NCBI GenBank assembly: GCA_040954595.2
Contig: CM082594.2
Span: 22,208-86,207, forward strand
Direction of reading: 5' to 3'
From: Balanoglossus misakiensis
Lineage: Eukaryota > Animalia > Hemichordata
DNA: 64,000 bases
Shown: one piece after another, positions 48,941-63,140 of the stretch
Numbering within the stretch: position 1 is the first letter of the stretch
Layout of the letters: each line of letters starts with the position of its first letter
Notes under the pieces: generated by a model
What the model saw: only the letters and a program-made list of their open reading frames with translations
Told to the model about the DNA's origin: nothing
The model's database searches: none
Made by a program: the position numbers and the translations under genes

Positions 48941-49786
48941 TGTGGTTCTATCGGGTTCTCCTATAACTAAGCCTCCTTAATGTATAACTGAACAATAAGA
49001 ATTACTTATTATACTTTTGGGAGTTTAGGACTTAGTAATTGCAAAAAAGACTCAATTCCTGAAAGTGCCTATTTGGTTTGTCACATCCTAAATATACAGG
49101 TAATTTCATAGCTGCCAGCTATGACAAATATACCGGTATGAGGGGGGAAAAACAGTTCCTCGTCTGATAAATTTACCTTGGTCACAGGTGATTCCAATGA
49201 TACAGCCTTGACAGCGACAGGTAAACGCACTGCACGATCCACTGATTGGCTCACAGATACCGTTGTTCATGCACGGATTGGGAGAACATTGATCGAGTCC
49301 TGGGGGTTGCATGTAAATCAACCAACAATTGCATATTAACATCACAAGTCATTTCACTATTTTTTCATTCCAAACTTAAAAGATTGCTTGTAACTTGCTG
49401 AACAAATATTCATATGGACAGACTATTCTAACTTGGAACAGGCAAAATCAAGGGTGCCCTGACGCCCAACTTTTAAGAGCAGTTCATTTACTGAAACTGC
49501 CAGCACCCAATATTATCCCACATGTAATCAATATGTGGAAATCAAATACATCTGTAACAGTTTTAATTTACCATGTGGGTATTTGCATGGAGGGCCATGG
49601 TATTTGTTACCTACTGATAAAATACCCTTCAAAACAATATCCTCATTTCTTCAGAAGTTTGGCAACAAGACCAATAAAGTTTCACATCAAAATTTACAAT
49701 GTATAAATAAGCTTAAAAGATCTACGGAATGAAGATGGCTTGTTTGTTTGCAGGGTGTCTTGAAAGTATATACTCACTTGTTTGAC

Positions 49787-50670
49787 CATGGACCCTAGAG
49801 AAAGAAGGACGCGCAACTCCAGTTTTTTCTTGAAATGATGTTCTTTTGCATACATTATTTCCAGATAAATCCCAATAATCCAATTTGCAAATAAACTGTG
49901 TATAAACTAACGCAAAGTCTCGTGTTTTGTGTGAAGTTATCACAACACCTCAGAACATCTCACAGAAGACGAGAAAACTGCAACGTGGTTGAACGCAGCG
50001 ATTATTTATGGAACACATCTGGACAAGTTAAACAGGAATTTGAATCTGAGTCTGACAGCGTCCAAAACAAGCATCTTTTGTCTAACAGTCCGGGTATTTC
50101 ACAAGGCTGTGAGCTAACCGTACCGAGGGTTGCCTGGCGGCCATAGCGCACACATGATAATCCACCCAGTTTGTTTACAAATTGTTTTCGTGAAATCTGT
50201 TTTATTGTTCACGCACTGCGAAATAAAATGCCCCTAAACCACAATTTTTATTTCAATGCTTCACGCAAACATAAAATTATTACGAAAAGTGTCAGCGTTA
50301 CTAAGAAATATGAGTGCCCAGTCGGACATGCAAAAAACATGGATGATTTGTTTACAATTTTTAAATGAAGCTTGTGGCACTAGAAATGACCGTTCAACCG
50401 ACAGACGAACACCAAACCATAATAATTAGCACAGACATCGTAATACTTTTAGAATTTTAGAAAAAAACGCAGTGGCTGCTGAAATGCAGTAGTGCCAGTT
50501 TGGTGGCAAGTTTTCGCATCACTGGTGGGGTCGACACGTGCCGAAGTAAGGAAGTCATTGTCCGACTGTCCTGGGTGTTAATTATATACAAAAAACATCA
50601 TCATACAGATAATCCCCAAACCCTTTGATCTTTGCCGCAGTTGCTCGCCCTTCTTTCTCTAGGGTCTATG
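49787..50670. mobile_element. Duplicate of the 7-bp-TSD MITE
   Basis: Same TIRs and GTTTGAC TSD as 34980-35864. Confidence 0.9.
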
Positions 50671-51864
50671 GTTTGACAGATGTCACCTGTGTAAGAGTTC
50701 ACACACCGGCATGAATAGAAATTGCACGATGTTTGCTGGCAAAATCCACCATTCATACATGGGTTGGGATCACAGGGGTTTTGCACTGGAAATTAAGAAA
50801 GGACGCCATTTTATTCCTTGCTACTCATTCTACAGTACAGATATGGCAAAAACCTTGCAGAATTATGGCAAGGGTGTGTGGAGTGATTGTGCCTACAACT
50901 TATATTAGGCTGGTATCAAGTTGTTCACACCTCCATAGATCACATGGCAGTGACTGTGAGGCAAGGGCTTCCCTTCATGAAATCAAAGACCTGTGTACTG
51001 GAGGAGGGTTCCTTGCAAATGCTTGACTTGACTTCAAGCACACCTGTAGACTCATATGTAAATTTACACTATCTGGCCTGGAGTGAGAATTTCCATAGTG
51101 GATGTGTGTTGACAAAAGGCAGTAAAATTGGCCAGTCGCGCATAATGTTTCTTGAACCAAGACAATCAAGACATTATGCGCCACGAAAGTGATTTTGATT
51201 GGAAAGAGTGTAATCTTGCATTCGATGTCAAGAACTCTCCAAGCTCTGCTGTGGTGATGGCTACACCTATGCTCAGGAAACATGCAGTATTTGAATGAGA
51301 CTGCGCTGTATACTTACATATCTCACACCTATCACCTTTGTAGCAACCAGTACATATGCAGGTGAGATCAAAGCAGGAATTTCGAGCCGGTTGACAGAAG
51401 CCACCATTCTGGCACGGATTTGGTTGACACTGGTTGAGTCCTGCAAGGAAAAGGGTCAAATTTTCCATGATCATCAGGGGTGAGTTTCCTTCAAAAATTG
51501 TGATGTGACAAACCGACAAATTAGCATATTAGCATAATCAGAATAAATAAAAAAAATGCACAGGTAGTTTAAAAGAACAAAAACTTTCGAAACGGAATAG
51601 AGCTAAGCTGCTATCCCTTTCTATTTTTGTGTTTGTACAACATCAGTGAAGTTTAAATCATAATAAAAAAATGATAATTATCATTATTAACTGCTACAGA
51701 TTCAAACTTACTTGTCTCACAACTGGTTCCCTAGTAACACTCTGTGCACATGCAAATTGTGGCAGTACAAGAATTTACCTGTTGTTGGCAGGTACCTCCA
51801 TTGAGACAAGGACTTCATAAGTTGTCTGAAAACACCAGTTTGCCCAATTTTCACTAATGTATAG

Positions 51865-52526
51865 GAATACATGAGAAGTCGGCCAGATTAGAAGTCGGCC
51901 AGTTCGCGCGCATGAGAAGTCGGCCAGTATGAGAAGTCGGCCAGTTGTTGAACTTGTACCCGAATAGTGCAGTAATGACCCAGATTACTTATAACAACAC
52001 TTAATAAAATATAATTGCACTAAATATTTTCATTTGGACGGATTTCCCAAATTCTTGACAACACAATGGCGTCATTTCAAATAATGGCGTCTGGCATCCG
52101 TACCAGTTCCCCAGCCCCGTATCCGCATAAGGAGCTTAGGTTGTTCGCCAAATTCCTGTGACATTTCTGATTAAAGGGAGTTGTTTCAAAGCCTACTAAA
52201 ATACATAGAAGATGTATGTGTATATTCATACTTTCTGAGACAACACCAAACAAACAAACAAACGTGACAAGGAACAGACTACTGGCGCAGCTCAAGAAGT
52301 GCAGGTGACTGATGTTGACGTACCCCGGTGACGTACATGAAAAGTGAACAGACAGTTTTAAAATTCATCGGCTATTTGTACAAATATCTCAGCTCCTGTA
52401 CATCAAGGAAACATTTCGTAGTGAAACAGTTATATATAACACAAAGTACCAGGGTTCTCTCCCACAGGCCGACTTCTCGTACTGGCCGAGACCGACTTCT
52501 CATACTGGTTGACTTCTCAGGACACC
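51865..52526. mobile_element. Duplicate of the 8-bp-TSD MITE
   Basis: ATGTATAG flanks and the same subterminal repeats as 37109-37774. Confidence 0.8.
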
Positions 52527-53910
52527 ATGTATAGCTAGCTGTTGAACTCAAAAAATATGTAAAACTACAAGTGATGTAAACAACTTGTGGAACCATGTTC
52601 AAATCGAGACAAGAAGAAAAGGGATTTCAAGACTTACCTCCTTCAGCACTTTACTGCCCTGTAGCGCACTGTGTGACACTTGTAGTTGTGCATTCATAAC
52701 CAGAAGGACGTGGCCGAACCTAACGAGTATGAACCTATCACAGAAAAAATTCAAAGAACGATTTTTTCCACCATGGTTTGGTCCAACGATCCCTTATTAG
52801 AGAGATGTCCGTAATCACAGGTTTTACTGTACAATACCTCTTCAGTGGAATCATTGTCTCGCAAGATCTCGCACTGAGTTGATAATCTGTTGTAAACACA
52901 TACATGCATACACACATACCCCTCAGTTTCATCACACAGCAAACTGAACAAGTACCACAATCTTACCATTTGTACATCTGGTACAGTTTGTTGCACCAGC
53001 CAATGACACGTAACCCTTGGTACACTTGAATTGCGATGCACTGGGATCTATGCAGGCGTACCCTTGCTCACAAATAGTACAATGTTCAGCACCAGCTGAT
53101 CTGTAAATCAAACAGAGAATTTACACACCAAGTTAACCTTTGAATACCACTGTAAAAATTTGGTGCAAATTTTAATTATTTTCATAAATAGAGGTCTATT
53201 CAAATTTGGAAAAATTGTCATTTTTTCATTCATATATTATATCAGTAAATTTTAAATACAGAAATAGAAAATGATCCCATCCTATTTTTCAGTTAGTAAA
53301 TTACCTGACCTAATGTTTGATGTTGGAAATAAAGGTGGGTGGGTAGAAGTTTACCTGTTATGCAAGAGGTACAGCGAGACATCCTTTGTCCAAGGCCGAA
53401 CTGTAATAACCAGCCGAGCATAAAATCACAGTGTTACCATTTGGACATTGGTTATCAGCTGGGCAATCAGCACATGATGTTTGTGCTGAAAATAAACAGA
53501 GATTTATAGAATCTTATAGTCACAGTCATACCTTCAAAGACGTGGGATTCTCACGCGGGTTGGGGAGACAAAAATCCCTGGCAAAAGATTGAGGACAGGA
53601 AAATGCCAATCCAGAGATATTGGTAACAGAAACTGTGTACAGTCAATGCCATACGGCAGTGTGCTGTTCTAACAACAGACAAGATCGTGACGATCATAGT
53701 CTGTGTCGGAGATTTGGAAAAGAGCAAATTTGGTGAAAAGACGGGACAAAACAAAAGTCTACTTATACGATGCACATGAAAACTGGATGAAAGCGAAGCA
53801 GTCCACTATTTGAATGCATTGGATGTAAAATTGGCAGAATATTTGGACTGGACGTAATGTTTGTACGCACAGAATTACGTACATGCACATAAGATGATCG
53901 TCCGCCTTAA

Positions 53911-54416
53911 AGGCACGTAAGCTGCAACTGGATAAAAAAATTAAAGTTTTAAATAATCTCATATATGCTTTTAATTATGTCTATTAAATGATATTTCATG
54001 ATAATATATCAAGCTCAACACTTATTTATGACACAATGGCCAAAAATTAAAGAAAAAACGAAAATTCCTGCAATTTTAAAAAAAGTGCAATATTGCAATG
54101 AAAAATGAAAATCTGATGTCTCAGTGGTGTACATTTACTTCCATGAGCTCAAGTGGATGAGATCATGTTTTGTTTATGAAGTTTCACAACCGGAAATGCA
54201 ACATTTTCATTGTTTCTTGCATTTTCCCAGGGTGGCGGCCATAATCGCTTGCGGCAAAGCTTTATTATTTATCTGGTTAAAACTTGCATATGCACTCATA
54301 TTTAGGGTTTATAATGCTTGTGTATAGTTCACTGCCTTCATCTGCATGGACTAATGGTAGTGCAGTTTTAAACAAAAATTATGAAAATTATCCCAAAAGT
54401 TACAGCTTACGTGCCT
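53911..54416. mobile_element. Duplicate TTAA MITE
   Basis: TTAA|AGGCACGTAAGCTG ... CAGCTTACGTGCCT|TTAA. Confidence 0.88.
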
Positions 54417-55665
54417 TTAAGTGAAAGATTACACAGTAATGCCCAAACTTTAAGTGCTGACTCACCATCTATATTAGTGTAGTATCCATCTTCACACACC
54501 TCTGGCTCCGACATACCATCATATTGGCACTTATACCCGGGGCAGGACAAGGCGTACAGTCTATACTTCCATTGTTGGCAAAATATCCCAGTCCGCATTG
54601 TGTTGGTGATGAGAGGCTGGCTGTTCCACACATGAAACCCCTGGACACAGCGTGCATGCTTCAGAACATGCTGAACTTTAACTTCCAGCTGCGCAGTCCT
54701 GTAGGAGTGAAGACGTCAAATATTAAGGAGGTTTAGGAGCCCTCTAGCCAGCAAACTTCATCAAGGATGTATGTGCAGAACATAAACCGGAAACACTGCG
54801 TGTCCGGTCTTTTTCCCATAGGATTACATTGATAATCGCCAGAAAACAAACTTCTACTATTGTCATTTTCACGAAATTTTACACATAGCTCAGTCCAGCA
54901 AATATAAATTCATTGGTCAAATAAAATATAGGGGTCACCGCGCTCTTTTTTGAGATAAATTGCATTAAGAATTTTGGCCATAGACAAACAAACCATTGGT
55001 GAAAAATGCTGAGTCAGCAGATTTCTTCTATTATCGACCAATTTCATGGCTCTGTATTTCAAAAACAAGTGCGGTGACCCCTATATTTTATTACGGATTT
55101 TCATTATACATACAAAAGAGAATAAAAAAATCCACAATTAAAAAAAATGACAATACTTTCCATTTTATTGAACGTACATCCTTAATGTTACTTAGGTAGT
55201 GGAGCACCAAAACCCAAATTTTCATATTGATTGTGTATTTTGTGATAAAAGCACCAAACTTGGCTCAGATGTGTGTTAATGTGTACTGAACAAATTCAGA
55301 TAGCGAGTCACTAAATATCTGTTGAAGAGTTTCCATGGCAACCAATTTTTTTTCAAAATGGCCGCAAATACAGATAATCACACCTGTTAAACATCAAAAT
55401 AAATTCAGATTACAATATTTGAAACAAGAAACTACGGAAAGAATGGTTTGCAATAGAACTATGGTTATTAAACTACAAATGTACTTATAAGGGTAACTAA
55501 GGGATCAAAATACAGGTGCAACTTTCAATCCCTGGTACTCGCATTAGTATAGGTGCTCCCCCTAGTCAAACATTACGGCTAGTTGCGATATTTAACTTGA
55601 AGTACGTAAATTACACACACACGAATCGCAACAGTTAGCGAGTCACTAAATATCTATTGAAGAGT

Positions 55666-57675
55666 GACTATGCAGTATTCAAGATCCACCCTTTCCACAA
55701 TACGTGTGAACTTCTACTCTCTACATGGAATGTCCGCTCAGCTAGATGCAAATCATTAGACATTGCAGACTACATCACAGATAAAGAAATTGATATTCTT
55801 GTACTCACTGAAACATGGTTGAAGGAATCTGGTGACGAACACGTAATGGCTGAATGTACACCACCAGGCTATGCTGTCAAACATCTACCTGGGGTTGGCA
55901 AGATCGGTGGAGGCTTAGCTTAAATTCATAAGCTAGCACTAAAATAAACAGCTTGGAAGCCTATTCTCTCTGTTAAATCTTTTGAGGCAGCGGAAGCAAC
56001 TATTCTTCACCAGAAACTTTCCATGAAAATAATTCTTGTCTACCGTCCACCACCATCAGTTAATAATAAATTCACCGCACCACAGTTCATGGAAGAGTTC
56101 AGTACAACACTTGAAAAGTATGTCACCTGCTCAAGTAATCTCTTCATCGTAGGAGATTTCAATATTCACCTAGAAGATGATAAGAATCCAGTAACACAGA
56201 AATTCAATGGAATCATCAGCGCCTGTAATCTGAAACAATGGGTCCAACAACCAACACACAGAAAGGGTCATACTCTTGATCTCATCTTATCTAACTCTGC
56301 GTCTAACATCAAGAGTGTCTCTGTAGACTGCTCGGAACTCTCTGATCACAATCCTGTCAATGCAAAACTTGCTCTTCCGAAACCAACACACAGTAGACGT
56401 CAAATATCTTATCGTCATATCTGCCATTTCAATTGATAGTTTCAGCCATGATCTCGACAAAATACATCAAATGTCCTAGCCTCCAAATGACCTCTCCTCA
56501 GCCATATCAGCTTATAACCAACCCGTCAGTCTCCATCTAAAACACGTGTACTTGATCTCATCCCTACAGCACTTGATAAGCAATGTCTTGGTAATCTGCT
56601 CACTATCATGGCCACAATTATCAATTTGTCACTCAAAACTGGAACTGTTCCTGAATAACTTAAAATAGCAGTCATCACACCAATATACTCAAGAAACCTT
56701 CGCTCGACAAAAACATTTTCAAGAACTATCGACCAGTTTCAAACCTAACCTTCCTGTCAAAAGTAATCGGGAAGATTGTAGCACAACAACTGACATCATA
56801 TTTGACTACCAACTCACTACAAGAACCACTGCAGTCAGCGTACCGAAAGGATCACAGTACCGAAACAGCACTTACTAAAGTCAACAACGATATTTGTATG
56901 GCACTGGATGCCGGTAAATGTGTACTCGTGGTTCTTCTCGATCTCTCCTCTGTGTTTGATACCATAGATCACGACACAATCATCTCAAGGTTATCAAAAC
57001 TGGGCATCACCAACATCGCACTACAATGGTTCTCATCATATCTTAAGAACAGACAGCAGTTTGTATGGCACAATGTCAGAACCTCAATATCTACAATATG
57101 GAGTACCACACGGTTCAGTGCTTGGCCCACTTTTGTTCTGCAGCTACATCCAACCACTTGCTCAACTTATTTGTCACCACAACATCAATTTTCACCAATA
57201 TGCCGATGACAACCAACTATACCAATATTTCTTCCAGTTAGACACCATAAGTACATTAGACAAGATGGAAAGGGCAGTTCACGAAATAAAAACCTGGATG
57301 ACACATAATAAACTTCAACTAAATGGTGGCAAACCCGAGGTACTCCTGATAAGGTCTCAGTTCAACCGCTCGCCTCGTCCCATAAACCACATGAGCATTG
57401 GATCATGTTGTGTTCAAATTGTGAATTCTGCACGGAATATAGGTGTGACATTCGACGACAATTACACTTTCAATAAGCACATTAATGCAATTTGCAAGTC
57501 AATTTTCTTCCATCTGCGTCAAATCAGCCACATTCGCCGTTACCTCACTAAGGAAGTTTGCCAGATGCTGGTTCATGCTCTAATCACATCAAAACTGGAC
57601 TACTGCAATGCAATACTCTGTGGTTTACCATCATCATGCATTCAACCGCTACAGCATGCCCTGAATTCTGCAGCC
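55666..57675 (+). mobile_element. Duplicate degenerate CR1/L2-group LINE ORF2
   Basis: Same EN and RT fragments as 41499-43508 at offset 14167. Confidence 0.93.
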
Positions 57676-58009
57676 ACCATGGCCTCCTTCACAAAAACCT
57701 CACCAGACCCCATAATGCCTCCATCTCTTACACCACACCTTATACCCACCACAAATCCTAGCCATCACTCAACCTATCTTAGCCCAAACAATCCAAACCC
57801 AATCAAAATTGACCCTAGCCCCACTTATCAAGCCATCAATGCTCAACGGCAACCCAAATAACACTTAACTTAAAGATTGGCATAAATCCAAACTCATACC
57901 ACTGCGACCCCAAATATACAACACAAAGACTCAATCACGAACCAATACCTACCATTTGTAGCAAATACACGACCAAAGATTTGATCCCATCTATCATCCA
58001 TATATCATC
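57676..58009 (+). repeat. Duplicate dispersed fragment of repeat B
   Basis: Same as 43509-43842. Confidence 0.92.
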
Positions 58010-58193
58010 AGAAAGTTGGGACGATGAGCAATGGGGCAGAGACTGATCATCAAAAATTTGAGACAGGGAATTCCAACAAATGAGATCATTAAGTTAAATA
58101 TGCAAAGCAAATCAGAAAAGAGAATCAGAAGATTTTCTCCGAAGGACACCTTGCAAATTCATGATTGGAAAGACACTGCAGTCACATGTATAT

Positions 58194-59392
58194 TGTAGTG
58201 TCCAAACACTAGTGAGCATCTATACTTTATACATTCTGTAAAATGACGTAATGCAACATTCGGGTCATTATGAATAAAGTGCGTGAACGAGGCTAGGCAC
58301 TCTCACTCTTACATGCCGGACTTGGTGTCTCGTGTTGTCATTATTGCCCACCAACGATTCTATATTTGGCGACGAGGACGGAGAACATGGAGAATCAGCT
58401 AGCCGTCAATGCCGAGTTTTCCTGTTCATTCAGACCCGACAACCACCAGTACGAGATGGAAAAAGTACATGGCTAGAGTAGAAAACGCATTTGTCGCATT
58501 CAACATTACAGATGACAAGCGACAACGTGCACTGCTATTGCACTGGGCAGGTGAGGAAGTTTCCGACTTCTTTGATACTCTACCAGATACAGGAACTAGC
58601 TGTGAAACAGCCAAATTAAAGCTTTCGTCATACTTCTCACCCAAACGGAACATTGAATACGAACGATTTATCTTCAGAGACACCATACAAAACAACGGCG
58701 AATCGATTGATGCCTATCACACTTGTTTGCAACGCCTAGCAGAAACATATGTGACTTCACCAATAAGGATCAAGAGGTCAAATCACAAATCATACGAGGA
58801 TTCACATCAGCCCGTCTCAGACGTCGTGCTCTTCGGGAGGAGACGACACTAGAGAATCTACTGAGTACAGCCTGTTCATTTGAGGTATCAGAGGTTCAGG
58901 CTAGTGGGATTGAGGAGAAAACCCAAAATTATGGTGCAGATACGGCATCTGTGAATGCGGTCAGAAAACAGCGCCACCAACGCCCGAAACCAAATAAACA
59001 AAAGAGAGCTCATCAGCAGCCAGCGAAAGGACCGTCCACTTGTTATTATTGTGGTGGCACCTATCCACATGACTCAGTATGTCCAGCTAAAGGCAAGTCA
59101 TGCAGGAAGTGTGGCAAACCTAACTATTTTGCCAAATGCTACCGATCAAAAGGCAAGGCAAATAGGGTAGACAAGGATGAAACTGTCAAAGCTGTGCATA
59201 AAGTGGAAGACAGCTCGGGAGATGAATACTGCTTCACTGTACAACAATCAAATGGCAGGAGGCCTCAAGTAACAGTGCAGATAGAACAAACAGCAGTTGC
59301 CTCACTGATCGACCCTGGTTCTACAATAAACATGATGAGTGTAAACACATACAACAACCTAAAGAACAAACCCATGTGGCAAACAGAAAGCC
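58194..59392 (+). mobile_element. Duplicate truncated Gypsy element
   Basis: Same LTR-like segment, PBS and gag-protease fragments (ORFs 58409-58852 and 58723-59487). Confidence 0.88.
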
Positions 59393-62300
59393 CGTTTTAC
59401 CACTGTCAGCAGTGCATTATTGAGTATTTTAGCATCGCTGGATTTAGCTCTCGTCCAATCAGAATTGCGGACGGTAGCATGATATAATATAATTGAGAAT
59501 AAATCTCGCGACAAGTGTACAGTTTGACAATGTACACAGATAATCCGTTTCAACAATGTTTCCTTTGTAGTGTGAATAAAACTGCACACTTTGCAAGTTT
59601 TCAACTTCAAAACACTATGGCTATTACAGAGACAAAGCTGCTAATATACAGTGTATACCTGTCATTTTTGTTTGTGGTGAGATTTTCATTGGCACAGTCG
59701 CACAGAGCTCACACAAGAGGAAATTACACTTTCTGTTGAATTCACTGCATCCTGCTAACTTTAAGTCATATATCCAGTGAAACATTAAGTTATAGAATTT
59801 TCCATCGCAGTATTCTGTTTTATATACATGTATAGCAGTCCCACACATATTGATTAATTTGACAAAAGAAACTGACTGACAATTTTCACAGCGCTCCCAG
59901 TATAGCATCCTTGGCAGGTGCACGTCAATGCCCCACACGAGGTTAGGGTTGGCAAGTGCTGCCATTTTGACATGGGTTGTTAGCACTGATCAATTCCTAC
60001 GCATGACAGAAAAATGAAGAATTAGGCTATGGGCCGGACCTGCCTATCGTTTTAAAATGCACTCTGTATATTAAGGTTTATTTCTTTTACATAAAAACAA
60101 GTCTTCTTGCTCTAATATGATAAAAGAAAAAAAACTTCAATTTAAATATTGCGTCCTCAGAGGTAATATCGAGCCCTAAAAATCAGGTATGCTAATGCGG
60201 TTAAAGGTCGTGCAGTTCTCCTTATAACAAGCGATCTTATTGGTGGTTACGTGACTGCACCAATCACAGAATGCATTATGTCACTCAGCAATTACACATG
60301 CAGGGCAAACTATCAGGCAGCTACATGTATACTAGTATACATGTTACAGAAGATTAAACAGAATTGTTGGTAAGGAAAGTTTGAGCAGACTAGTCCATTC
60401 AATGTAAAAAATGGTGCTGATTCCAAAAAAGTCAGTCTTATTGACCCCTTTCAAGACAAAATTGCCATTTTTGCCACTTTTAACCCAAAAGGTCATTTAA
60501 AAAACACTCAAAACACACTGTTTTCATCACATTCGGAGATCTGATGACATTTGAGGATTATGCGGAAACAGTGACACACCAGAATAAAAATTACAGGTGA
60601 CATTTGCAAGCAGATATGATCTGACCATATAGAAATATGGAATGTAAAAACATTAACAAGGAACATGCCCAATAAACTGTCATGTGTCATGGCAGTCTTA
60701 CAAGTGGTGCTAGAAAAAAAATGACCAAAAATTGTCTGTACAAACACATATGCGAAGCAACTTCTTTCAGTCAGCCCTGGAACAGACACACACTGACCTG
60801 CCACTGGTAATTAAAATTTGATAGCTGGTGGTCTCTGTAACAGCTGGCCTATTTAAGTTATGTAAACATGTCTTTGTTCGAGGTAACAACTCCTTGTAAA
60901 TAGTAACTTTAAAAACAACTGGACAATTTGTTTAGGAGAAGATTTGCTAACCAAAAACTAAGAAACTTACCAAAAAAACTCGCTAAATATTTAATCTTTC
61001 TGATCTCAGAACTGAATAAAAGTTGCACATATACAGGTATGTGTTATGAAATTATATCCTAAATTTCAAAGCAATCAGAGAAAAAACTAATTTCAAAGCA
61101 ATCCAACAAGCAGTTTCACAGAAAATATTTGTTGAAAAGTGGCAAAAACACAAATATGCAAATATCACCAAAATTGTACAATATCTTACTTCAATCACTA
61201 CAAGGAACATGCTGCCTAAGTTCAATGCAATAGGACAAGCGGTTTCAGAGAAAACAATTTTTGACAAAAATTGCAAAAGTTTCCCCGATAACACATTTAT
61301 GCAAATATCTTTTTTTTTACAACATATTATTTAGGTTACCCCTACGAACATGCCTACCAAATTGGAAAGCAATCTGGCATGAGGTTTTAAAGAGAAACAT
61401 TTTTTGACCAAAAATGGCAAATATTGCTCAAAATTATAGATATGCAAATTTTGCAACAATTTGAACAAAACTATGGTTACTTAGACAACATTAGGAGGCT
61501 TCATACTAAATTTCAAAGACTTTTTACCAATAACATGGAAAAATACAAAAAAATGCAAAAAAAATAGGAAATCGATAATATTAGCTCAAAACATACAGGA
61601 TTGTATGAGGTTGATATAAGGTACATGCATACCAATTTTCAAATCAATATGACCAGTGGTTGTCCAGTTTTTAAGTTTTGACCAATTTCACATTTTCCCA
61701 GCTAATTTGCATATTTTTGGCAATGACATCTTCATTTGAACAAACTCCCATCTACAGCCCTGCCTGCATCTACACGCCAAATATCGAGGTCATACGCGGT
61801 GCGGTTTTCAAGTTTTCGATGTGGACGGACATACAGACATACATCCATCCATCCATCCATCCATACATACAGACGTAACCAATCCCATAAGGTCCCATGG
61901 TACATACCAATGGGACCTAAAAACTTGCGACTTACATGTAACACATGTTTGCCCAGTGTAGCAGGTTGGACAGTTGCAGGTGTAGATTGAGCAGGAGCCT
62001 TGAAGTGGCTGATACACTCCGTTATTCAGACATGGGTTTAGAAGACACTGGTTGATCGCTAAGGGTGAGAGAAATGAAAAGTATCACATTAGGGTCTTAC
62101 ACACTTGAGTGGGAAGTGAAATCTGTAGCAGACTGTCAGAAGATTGCACATCCGTGTGATCATGTTCATGTGTGAAGGATAATGAAGACCACTTGATCCA
62201 AGCTTGGTGCTACCATCTTTATCATAATTACAGCATCTTATAATATTTACTAGTTGGGGGTGGGGTGGGGTGGGGGTGGGGGTAGTTGATGTCATAACTT

Positions 62301-63007
62301 TCTGATGTTTCAATTTACGGTTGGAAAAATAGCAACATCTACTCTGATGAGCATTTGAGTCAATGAAAGTATACATCATGGCTACGGTAGTGCATATAAG
62401 TCTCTTGGTTAGCTGCACAATCACAGGCAACTTTATTGAGACAATATCAATGACAAAGCCCAGCGATTTCTACTTTGTGCGGCAAATCTGACACTGGTTT
62501 GCTTACGTTCAGCGCACGTGGTTCCGATGAAACAGCGCGAACTCTGGCATCTGAACTCGGTGCAGGACACTTGCTGGCAGAATCCACTGTTTAGACAAGG
62601 GTTGGGCTGACACGGATTCAAATCTGTGCACAGAAGAGAAAGTGATATAAATTGTGTACAGTTAATATTTACTACATATACTTTAAACAGATTTGTGCAG
62701 TCAGGGTTGAGTGGTAAAAATCTCAGTTGGTCAACAGAACATCACTGTGACAAATTTCTTCCATGTTCAACAAAAGAAACGTAATGAAATTTTGACACAG
62801 GTGTAATAGTGTCTTAGTGTACCATACGGTGCAGGTTGTTGTTTGGTCAAATACACAATCCCCTTTTATGGCACACACATTCTTAATAAATTTCCCCAAA
62901 ATTGTGTCGTTATTCACTGTTTGATACAGGTTGGAAGAAACCAACTGCAAGCCGATTATGTGTTATGTTATTATGTTCCTCTTCATCTGAAATTTAAAAT
63001 CACTCAC

Positions 63008-63130
63008 ATGTCTGACATAAATCGCCGGAGTAACAGCTTGTACAGGAGCATGTGAATTCAGTACATCAATTGGGCGTCAGCACACAGTTTCCACCATTCT
63101 GACACTGGATGGGTTGACACTGGTTGACAG
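63008..63130 (-). pseudogene. Full-length 8-Cys EGF-like exon with one stop
   Basis: VNQCQPIQCQNGGNCVLTPN*CTEFTCSCTSCYSGDLCQT, 123 bp, ACAG/GTGAGT borders. Confidence 0.8.
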
Positions 63131-63140
63131 CTGTGGGATG

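Larger units (their letters stand above)
48936..63104 (+). repeat. Tandem segmental duplication, copy 2
   Basis: Repeats copy 1, with exons at 49177-49299, 50671-50785, 51318-51440, 51712-51825, 52638-52734, 52967-53100, 53355-53485, 54466-54698, 59881-59996, 61936-62058 and 62507-62623. Lacks about 0.5 kb that includes exon 38219-38416. Confidence 0.97.
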
